Assembly (NCBI GenBank): GCA_048882385.1
Contig: JBHLRQ010000080.1
Coordinates: forward strand, 1 to 14,436
Reading direction: 5' to 3'
DNA length: 14,436 bases
Source of the DNA: Candidatus Thorarchaeota archaeon
GTDB taxonomy: Archaea > Asgardarchaeota > Thorarchaeia > Thorarchaeales > Thorarchaeaceae
Part shown: one piece after another, positions 8,050 to 14,436 of the stretch
Position numbering within the stretch: the first letter of the stretch is position 1
Layout: the number at the start of each line of letters is the position of its first letter
Translations under genes and position numbers: made by a program
The notes under the pieces: model-generated
The model's database searches: none
The model's input: only the letters and a program-made list of their open reading frames with translations
What the model was told of the DNA's origin: nothing

Positions 8050-8130
8050 AAATGAAGGGAGAGAAAGGGGGCCCCGCAGAGAACATGGAAGGAGGAGAGA
8101 GTTGTGAGAGAGAAAGGACCCCCTGGCCCT
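8050..8130 (-). ncRNA. Putative small RNA, locus 2 (paralog of locus 1)
   Basis: AGGGGGUCC (8124-8116) pairs with GGGCCCCCU (8074-8066) with the same G-U. Loop UUUCUCUCUCACAACUCUCUCCUCCUUCC, 3' tail UUCUCUCCCUUCAUUUU. TATA-like element upstream. Ends are estimates. Confidence 0.6.
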
Positions 8131-8145
8131 AACACATAGTATTGC

Positions 8146-8163
8146 TTAGAATATATTTAAGCA
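8146..8163 (-). promoter_or_regulatory. TATA-like promoter of putative sRNA locus 2
   Basis: GCTTAAATATATTCTAA on the minus strand, matching the locus 1 upstream sequence. Confidence 0.55.
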
Positions 8164-8258
8164 AATGTCGGATTGCGGATAGTATTACTACAAATCCAGC
8201 TTGAAAGTTGACTATTCATCTATGGTTTTAGAATTCGCATTTGACAGTTATAGAATTT

Positions 8259-8561
8259 TCAAACATTAAGTACAGAGTGTTTCCTTCTGTCAAAGAAATA
8301 TTGGACTATGGCAAGAATGATGCAGAGATATCCACCGATAAGACCGAGTACGTTCCCCCATGTGATTATTACTATAAAGTAGATTGAGTAGTATCCTGAA
8401 CTTCCCACTAAGAAAGAAAGTATTGATCCAATGACATACGTCTTTGTAGCAGACGAAGCAACCTTACTACGAGAAAATAATAGAAGAAGTATTACTGCGA
8501 GTAGAAATCCTACTGCCATATACATGTAGATCGTATTAAGAAGAGATGACACACTCTGCAA
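8259..8561 (-). CDS. Small hypothetical membrane protein (about 3 TM)
   Basis: 100 aa with three hydrophobic segments and a basic C-terminus. TTG start with GGTGGA 6 nt upstream. Confidence 0.6.
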   Translation of the reverse strand: MQSVSSLLNTIYMYMAVGFLLAVILLLLFSRSKVASSATKTYVIGSILSFLVGSSGYYSIYFIVIITWGNVLGLIGGYLCIILAIVQYFFDRRKHSVLNV

Positions 8562-8890
8562 TGATCTTCCACCACGATAGCTCTGTTCTTTATTTAGAAG
8601 AGATAAATCTTACAGACACACAGATGCAAACATTCTCAGAAGCGACTACTAATGACATTATTAATGTATAAGATGAAGCCCTTGGGAGTCATTGGGAAAC
8701 TTGAAACGTTTTCATTACGCAAAAAGCATTGCGAATTAGAATTATCTATGTGGAAAGGTAGAAATTTCTCTCATTTAATTAGGGTGATGCTGAAAGGTCG
8801 ACCTGTGTGTTTTTGAGCTTATTCTCTCTTTCATCTCTGTTTTTTGCGATATTCGCAATAAAATAATGAATAATCTGTAGTTATTACCAC

Positions 8891-8903
8891 AATTATTATA
8901 AGT
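8891..8903 (+). promoter_or_regulatory. TATA-like promoter of putative sRNA locus 3
   Basis: TTATAAG at 8896-8902, about 25 nt before the start of the stem. No plus-strand ORF follows. Confidence 0.45.
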
Positions 8904-8923
8904 AATTGTGGAAAAAACAAATA

Positions 8924-9030
8924 GTGAAGTGTGTGTGAGAGGCGCCAACCCCCTCCTGAAACATCCTCTCCCTCCTCAAGCAACCATGCGAACCTGAATT
9001 TTTCTGGCGCCCTCACTCCTTCAAAACTTT
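8924..9030 (+). ncRNA. Putative small RNA, locus 3 (same architecture, different stem sequence)
   Basis: GUGAG-a-GGCGCCA (8935-8947) pairs with UGGCGCC-CUCAC (9005-9016), and UGAAG (8925-8929) with CUUCA (9019-9023). Loop contains CCCCCUCC, UCCUCUCCCUCCUC and CAAC. Confidence 0.5.
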
Positions 9031-9076
9031 GATTCTGCTATCGAGTATTGAACACTTTTGGTTAAAAGTAGAGAAA

Positions 9077-9526
9077 CTAGATCTGGGGAATCATGTTCAT
9101 AATGATAGGAGCATATCCATGTGAGAATACCTCAACCACGAATGGGTCACTAGCTTCAGCAACTTTGGTCCATGAGCCATTGTCACGACGATAATATGCA
9201 TACTGAGCATTACTGTGACGAATCTCAATTACAGTTTTGATTGGCAATCTGTTAAGATCAGATACTTCAAGAGACTGAGGCTGATTCGAGCCATCATCTT
9301 CAGGATTCGAGAGAAAGACTGAGAATATACTTCCTTCATCAGGTAGAAGCATGGCAACGTGTGGGCGGTCGATAGGATTCCAATATCGGGGAACAGGCGG
9401 ATAGCGGCATGAGAAAGCACCAGATGCTGATCGAAGAATTAGATATGTTGCTTCATCTATCGTCATTTGATCTGTTACCTCTAGCGTGCTTGACACGACT
9501 GATTGTGTGTGTATACTGCCTGTCAC
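9077..9526 (-). CDS. Hypothetical soluble protein
   Basis: 149-aa ORF with protein-like composition. TTATA about 25-29 nt upstream of the GTG suggests a leaderless transcript. Confidence 0.65.
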   Translation of the reverse strand: MTGSIHTQSVVSSTLEVTDQMTIDEATYLILRSASGAFSCRYPPVPRYWNPIDRPHVAMLLPDEGSIFSVFLSNPEDDGSNQPQSLEVSDLNRLPIKTVIEIRHSNAQYAYYRRDNGSWTKVAEASDPFVVEVFSHGYAPIIMNMIPQI

Positions 9527-9742
9527 ACAAGCAATAAACGCGAATTCGCATATAACCTTCAGTTGAGCTCATCTTACTCGGTGGTGCACCCAGAAGCTCA
9601 TTCTAGCTTGGTTACAGGTTATTTTGACGCCTCAATTCTAAATAACCTTGTCTCTAAAGGTAATGCGAAGAAACATACTAGAAAGCGATTTTTCGATATG
9701 CAACCATAATCAAGAATGGCTTAACAAATGGCCAAGGTTATT

Positions 9743-10426
9743 TCAACATCTTTCCTGCTGTTCATGAAGTGCAGCATGTAAAATCTCTGACAATGATGTG
9801 AATACACGAGATGCTCCAGCTTCACGAAGTTTTTCCGATGGAGTTTCTCCAGTTGCAACTCCCCAGAATTCAATTCCAGCTCTCTGAGCAGCAGTTCCAT
9901 CTATCAGAGCATCGCCAACAAAGACAATCTCATTTCTTTCAACTCCTAGATCTGATGCGATCTTGAGGAGACCGTCGGGATATGGTTTTGGTTTGGGAGA
10001 CTCATGTCTGGTCTGTATTATGTCAAAATGCTTGTTTAATGGGATCTGTTCAAGAATCTTGTCAACTGCAGGACGCCCATTGTTTGTAAGAATTGCAGTT
10101 TTCAATCCAGCATCACGAGCGCTCTTCACTATATCTAAAGCTCCGTTTATTGGTACTGCAGTCGCCGCAGCAAATCCCTCGTGTTGACTAAGAATACTAT
10201 CCACTTCAGATTCCATCCTGTTCCATTCATCTTCACTGTATCCGTTGGAAAGGAAGAACGACTTAGCCTTCCCAGTTGAGCTAGATATTCCATCACATTC
10301 CTCAAATTGTTCGGAGGGGAAGCCTCTGGAGATATAGTACTCTTTGGTGTCTCGCCTCATTGCTTCTAACGGTAATGTCAGAACTGTTATGGTTCCGTCC
10401 ATGTCAAACACCAAAGCCTTTAGCAT
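9743..10426 (-). CDS. HAD-superfamily hydrolase, subfamily IA (phosphoglycolate phosphatase-like)
   Basis: FDMDGT, LTNN, KPKPYP and VGDALID motifs. Start moved to ATG at 10426 (MLKALVFD, CAGGTG upstream). Confidence 0.88.
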   Translation of the reverse strand: MLKALVFDMDGTITVLTLPLEAMRRDTKEYYISRGFPSEQFEECDGISSSTGKAKSFFLSNGYSEDEWNRMESEVDSILSQHEGFAAATAVPINGALDIVKSARDAGLKTAILTNNGRPAVDKILEQIPLNKHFDIIQTRHESPKPKPYPDGLLKIASDLGVERNEIVFVGDALIDGTAAQRAGIEFWGVATGETPSEKLREAGASRVFTSLSEILHAALHEQQERC

Positions 10427-10482
10427 TCTGAGAACACCTGACCGTGAGCAAATAGATAGTACACTTAAGCATAACCTTAAGC

Positions 10483-11136
10483 TCATGTTCTATCTATTGT
10501 ATTGATTTTTCCCAAGAATCGACGAGTCCTGTTTTTCACAATCTCAATTGATCTGTTATAGAAATGACCTTCTTCCTCAATTGAAACTGTTTCTAGTTCC
10601 TGACTTCCGATGAACTTCGATAATGTTTCAATGTCTGCATGAGGAACCATCCTATCAGCCAGTCCATGAAACATTAGAGTTGGACATGTGATTCTTGTAA
10701 GTTGCGTGGTATCAAAATTCCCTTCAGCAATTAGTCCAAAAGATGCGCTTAGCGTTATCAGAAATAGTGGTAAGTGCCCAATGGCATATCGTATAGCAGT
10801 GGACCCACCGAAAGAGTAACCAGCGACACCACACTCACGAACGCCTCTAGACAATAATAGTTTCATTGCATTAGATGCATCTATGATTGCACTATCAATT
10901 CCTGAATACCCTTGAGGCGATGTGGAAGTTCCTCTGAAATCAAAGCGAAGTGTCGTATATCCTGCGTCAAGAAGTACATGCTCTAAGGCAGTCACAACGG
11001 GATTATGCATATCACCTCCGTAGAGGGGATGAGGGTGGAGGATTAGTGCACCTTTATCAAGACGTGTTTGTCCTTGGGATAAAACTCCCCTAAGCGGTGT
11101 ATCACCAGATAGGAATTCTAAGATTTCAGACACCAA
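10483..11136 (-). CDS. Alpha/beta-fold hydrolase
   Basis: HPHPLYGGDMHN, RFDFRG, nucleophile elbow GYSFG, HGLADRMVP (Asp) and GHFY (His). Confidence 0.9.
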   Translation of the reverse strand: MVSEILEFLSGDTPLRGVLSQGQTRLDKGALILHPHPLYGGDMHNPVVTALEHVLLDAGYTTLRFDFRGTSTSPQGYSGIDSAIIDASNAMKLLLSRGVRECGVAGYSFGGSTAIRYAIGHLPLFLITLSASFGLIAEGNFDTTQLTRITCPTLMFHGLADRMVPHADIETLSKFIGSQELETVSIEEEGHFYNRSIEIVKNRTRRFLGKINTIDRT

Positions 11137-11284
11137 TTTTGGTCACTCAGTGGATTTTGTGTAAACCATATTTCTTCTTTGTTGATTACTTCTCGAAATT
11201 AATAGTCTTCTCTTTTAAAAATCGAGAAAATAGGATTATCTTTAAGATGACTCACATTCGTGCTCAATATAGGAGCGTGTCTGT

Positions 11285-12286
11285 TTGGTCCAGGTTGATA
11301 CTAATGATATGCGGAGTATGGTGAGTGCATTCCCAAATCTTCTAACAGAGATTTCAATTACACCACACGTTTGGAAGACATGTGAGAAGCTTCGAGAAGG
11401 GAGGATTGATGGCATCTGTATTATTGGAATGGGAGGAAGTTCCATATCGGGGCTATATGTTCAATCACTCCTTCAGGATTCAGTATCAATTCCAATTATA
11501 AATGTCAGAGAAACATCCATTCCTTCTTATATTCAGAAGGACTGGTTGGTTATTGCAGTAAGTTACAGTGGAAATACATTTGAAACCATCAGATCGCTCC
11601 AGGAAGCTTTGAAACGAAAGTGTAAATCATTTGTAATAACTTCCGGTGGAAAATTACATTCAATAAAAGGTGTGAATGAGGAGGTGACTTTACCTTCTTC
11701 ATATCAGCCACGAGCTGCACTTCCTCTGATTTTCTCAGCATTACTAAATCTGGTTGAAATCCTAACGATGCACAGACCAACAGATTTCACTAACGTTTCA
11801 GAGAAGCTCTCAGATAAAGTGGCGAATTGGGAAATGTCAGAATTTTCACCAAAATCAATGGCCGCCGACCTACTCGGTTACATTCCAGTCTTCATTGGTT
11901 CTCAACATCTAGTCCCAGTTGCCTATAGAGCAAAGAGTCAAATCAACGAGAACGCCAAAGCAATGGCTTTCAGCTCCGAATTACCCGAAGCAAATCACAA
12001 CGAGATTGAGAGTTTTAACTCAAGCAATTTAGACTCAGTAATTCCAGTTTTTCTTAGAAGCTCATACGAAACAGACTCTATGAGAAAGAGTACTGATAAT
12101 TTGATGCAGATATATGAAGAGGAGGGATTTCCGCTTCTGAAGCTAGCAATAAGAAGCGATTCCAAAATCGAGGAGATGCTGATGTTCACATTCTACCTAG
12201 ATTTGGTTTCCATAGAACTAGCTGAGCTGAGAGGAGTCAATCCTCTCTCAGTTGATAAAATTACAAAGTTGAAATCTATGCAATAG
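11285..12286 (+). CDS. Bifunctional phosphoglucose/phosphomannose isomerase (SIS domain)
   Basis: GMGGS, SYSGNTFET, TSGGKL, QPRAA, QINENAK, PEANHNEIE and C-terminal KLK motifs. AGGAG upstream of the TTG. Confidence 0.92.
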   Translation: MVQVDTNDMRSMVSAFPNLLTEISITPHVWKTCEKLREGRIDGICIIGMGGSSISGLYVQSLLQDSVSIPIINVRETSIPSYIQKDWLVIAVSYSGNTFETIRSLQEALKRKCKSFVITSGGKLHSIKGVNEEVTLPSSYQPRAALPLIFSALLNLVEILTMHRPTDFTNVSEKLSDKVANWEMSEFSPKSMAADLLGYIPVFIGSQHLVPVAYRAKSQINENAKAMAFSSELPEANHNEIESFNSSNLDSVIPVFLRSSYETDSMRKSTDNLMQIYEEEGFPLLKLAIRSDSKIEEMLMFTFYLDLVSIELAELRGVNPLSVDKITKLKSMQ

Positions 12287-12304
12287 GAATTTTCCAAGAT
12301 CACA

Positions 12305-12844
12305 CTATATGAGCGTAACACCAGTATATTCGAACTGGATGTATCGCCTGGTAGCTGAGTCAGGTTGATTAAACGACGTGAATCGCATTCTATATGTAAT
12401 AGTCCAATTCCAAGTTCCAGTTGCATTTGCGTCAACAATAGTTTCACGATCAATTGAATTGGTTGTCCGTCCTAAAGTGAAATTACGATTGTAATTCGGG
12501 TAAAGTGGTTGTTCATCATAGGGCACTTCGTAGTATAATGGCGTATAAGACAGGATATCGTCGTTTAGATATACCTCAGCGCCTATGAATTCGATTCTCA
12601 CACTACCTTCAGATACTGCATCAGATCTCAGGTTGAAGATGATATGTAAACGCGGGAAAACGGACTCATTTGTTGGATCAAGATCGCTTATCATTATTTC
12701 AGCAAGGCTGACCTCCATCTGTCCAACAAGAGAATAGCTAGCACTATAGTACTGCACATTGCCAACCAAAAATACAGAACTCATGAGAGCAGCCAGAATT
12801 GTGACTGCAATGATGACGTTTTGAGATCGTTCGCTCGCGATCAT
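12305..12844 (-). CDS. Hypothetical N-terminally anchored exported protein
   Basis: One N-terminal TM or signal segment, then a beta-rich domain with N-glycosylation sequons (NES, NFT, NAT, NWT). Confidence 0.75.
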   Translation of the reverse strand: MIASERSQNVIIAVTILAALMSSVFLVGNVQYYSASYSLVGQMEVSLAEIMISDLDPTNESVFPRLHIIFNLRSDAVSEGSVRIEFIGAEVYLNDDILSYTPLYYEVPYDEQPLYPNYNRNFTLGRTTNSIDRETIVDANATGTWNWTITYRMRFTSFNQPDSATRRYIQFEYTGVTLI

Positions 12845-12908
12845 CTCTTCTCACTACCAGTTATCGAGATATTGTCAATAAGTCCCTTTTGCTCCACGCA
12901 TCTCATAA

Positions 12909-13784
12909 TCATCCACCTAGAAGTCCAAGAGTGAGTATATGAACAACCCAGGGGAAAAGTGCCAGTATAGCAGGAAGCGGAATTCCCGGGTGAATCTCAT
13001 TTTCACGAACAACTACTGTCATGTTGATGATAACTCCAAGTAGGGCTAGAAGCATAGACAAAACCCAGACATAAAGTGGGAAGAATAGCAATGAGTGAGC
13101 TGATATTAATGAAAATGTTATATAATCACCAACACCAACAGCGACGTTCTGCGATTGAATCATTGTCAAATCAAAAGGATCGGAACCAACTCTGTCAACC
13201 AATGCGTCTGAGTCAGTGACAGGAGAAAGTCTAGTGAGGAAGTAATCCTCAATGACAACAGACACTACTAAGATGAACATACTCTGTGTTATGAAAATAA
13301 TGCCTAGAAAGGTTCCGAATACGCTACCATAGAAAATGACGAAAAAGTTCCGCAAATAAGAAGGGATTGAATCCATAAGTATGAAAGCGAAGGAAAGGAG
13401 TAGAACTCCAAGACTGGCTAATGACAAGACACTTGGGAGGATGGAGTTTGTCACATCTTTAAACAGTAGAAGAAGTAACGACTGACCTACAATGAAGAAT
13501 GATACGGTCAGAATTGGAGAAACAACAAGGGATACAAAGGTTCTTCTTGCACTCGCTCCACGTTTTCGGAGAATCCAGAATAACGAGAGAACGACGAATG
13601 TTCCTAATCCCGTGGAAACTATTCCTTGGATAGCTATGTCAACTAAGGTAAAGGGTTGTGCATTTCGGGCTACAATTTCACTAAGGATGCTAGATCCGAA
13701 AATTGTGCCAGCCAGAATGGCACCTACAACAAGAGGTAGAGAAGATATAGAGATTAATGAAAGTCGTTGTCTGTCAAACTTCAT
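12909..13784 (-). CDS. Presenilin/signal-peptide-peptidase-like GxGD intramembrane aspartyl protease
   Basis: About 9 TM segments. First Asp in VIEDYFL, GVGDY after a loop, and PGIPLP at the PAL-motif position. Start is ATG 13784 or TTG 13790. Confidence 0.75.
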   Translation of the reverse strand: MKFDRQRLSLISISSLPLVVGAILAGTIFGSSILSEIVARNAQPFTLVDIAIQGIVSTGLGTFVVLSLFWILRKRGASARRTFVSLVVSPILTVSFFIVGQSLLLLLFKDVTNSILPSVLSLASLGVLLLSFAFILMDSIPSYLRNFFVIFYGSVFGTFLGIIFITQSMFILVVSVVIEDYFLTRLSPVTDSDALVDRVGSDPFDLTMIQSQNVAVGVGDYITFSLISAHSLLFFPLYVWVLSMLLALLGVIINMTVVVRENEIHPGIPLPAILALFPWVVHILTLGLLGG

Positions 13785-13893
13785 ATGCAAAACCCTTGTC
13801 CTCAGAATTCAATTTGTATTAAAGGGACTCTCTTTCGCGCAATTATTGATAGAATTGGAGAGTCAACCTAGCTGCAGCTCAGGATTATGAAAT

Positions 13894-13925
13894 AAAAAAA
13901 GAGGGGAGAGGGGACAAAAGTCCCC
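13894..13925 (-). terminator. Hairpin plus U-tract terminator after the substrate-binding protein gene
   Basis: GGGGAC-UUUU-GUCCCC (13925-13910), then UCUCCCCUC and U7, starting 13 nt after the stop codon. Confidence 0.7.
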
Positions 13926-13938
13926 AATGTGCGCTAAA

Positions 13939-14436
13939 CTACTTTTGCCTGAGCAGGACAAATCCACCGACTAGAATGACCACAGCAGCTCCAACTGCAC
14001 CAGCCACGATCGCTAGAGTAGGATCGAATGGTGTTGTCTCAGGAGTGGTAGTGGTTGTTGGTTCTGGTGGGAATTCTGGATAGTAGTAGAAATCAGGATT
14101 AGCTGAGATCTCGTAGAACTCACCAGCTTCATAGTCAGTAAAGATGAACGGACCAGCGTTCACATTTGGTTCTGCTGCATCAAACACAGGGTTCCAAGTG
14201 TTCCAGCCTTCGAAGCCAATCTCTGAGAATACGTGCTCCGGAATGACTGTGTCATAGGCAAAGTTGTTGAAGTGCCAGAATGACTCACTGTTGAATTCGA
14301 CTACAACTCTGTATGGAGTTGGAGCGTAGGCAGCCACAAGGTCACCCATGTCAGCTACTGCGGGATTACCAAAAGCACCACTCTCGAAAGCGTAGGTGTA
14401 TGAGAAGGCAACATCCTCGGCAGTGATTGGTTCACC
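13939..14436 (-). CDS. ABC transporter substrate-binding protein, family 5 (OppA/DppA-like), C-terminal part
   Basis: The frame is open to the window end. GEPITAEDVAFSY and NAGPFIFTDYEAGEFYEISANPDFY motifs, a Pro/Thr linker, and a C-terminal TM anchor ending RQK. Confidence 0.88.
   Translation of the reverse strand, partial: GEPITAEDVAFSYTYAFESGAFGNPAVADMGDLVAAYAPTPYRVVVEFNSESFWHFNNFAYDTVIPEHVFSEIGFEGWNTWNPVFDAAEPNVNAGPFIFTDYEAGEFYEISANPDFYYYPEFPPEPTTTTTPETTPFDPTLAIVAGAVGAAVVILVGGFVLLRQK

Noticed and set aside
5161-8130. Loci 1 and 2 as CRISPR repeats, att sites or transposon ends
   Set aside because: There are only two copies, 2.9 kb apart, with different interiors. No integrase, transposase, cas gene or evident target-site duplication is present. 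The conserved G-U and promoter favour an RNA. A MITE origin is not fully excluded.
8600-8830. SECIS, box C/D RNA or gene remnant in the intergenic stretch
   Set aside because: Only scattered ATGA/CTGA words, no convincing stem, no adjacent TGA-interrupted gene, and only short stop-ridden frames.
8831-9016. 61-aa minus-strand ORF
   Set aside because: It is antisense to sRNA locus 3 and its AT-rich promoter, with no recognisable protein features.
78-13890. Other short overlapping ORFs (e.g. 78-269, 924-1169, 2684-3004, 5298-5660, 5688-5984, 9503-9709, 13492-13890)
   Set aside because: They overlap better-supported genes or promoters and have no motifs.

Overview
Archaeal genomic window, most likely from an Asgard archaeon, possibly Thorarchaeota-like. 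This is inferred from TATA-type promoters, GAGGT/GGTG ribosome-binding sites, a Snf7/ESCRT-III gene, a presenilin-type GxGD protease and a C-terminally anchored family-5 solute-binding protein. The left (1-4042) and right (9743-14436) parts hold housekeeping-type genes: CaCA exchanger, two HAD phosphatases, ESCRT-III, IMPase/FBPase, Mrp/NBP35, an alpha/beta hydrolase, PGI/PMI, a presenilin-like protease and an ABC substrate-binding protein. The middle (about 4060-9560) is accessory-like, with an acidic-tail membrane protein, a triple Zn-ribbon protein, a degenerate histidine kinase, a pseudogene with three in-frame stops and small hypotheticals. The most notable signal is three intergenic loci of about 80-105 nt (5155-5255 minus, 8050-8130 minus, 8924-9030 plus). 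Each has a TATA-like promoter, a GC-rich stem joining the 5' and 3' ends and a C/U-rich loop. Two share the same stem (AGGGGGUCC/GGGCCCCCU, same G-U wobble) and an 11/12-nt loop motif, which suggests a small-RNA family I do not recognise. All calls are made by eye, without database searches.
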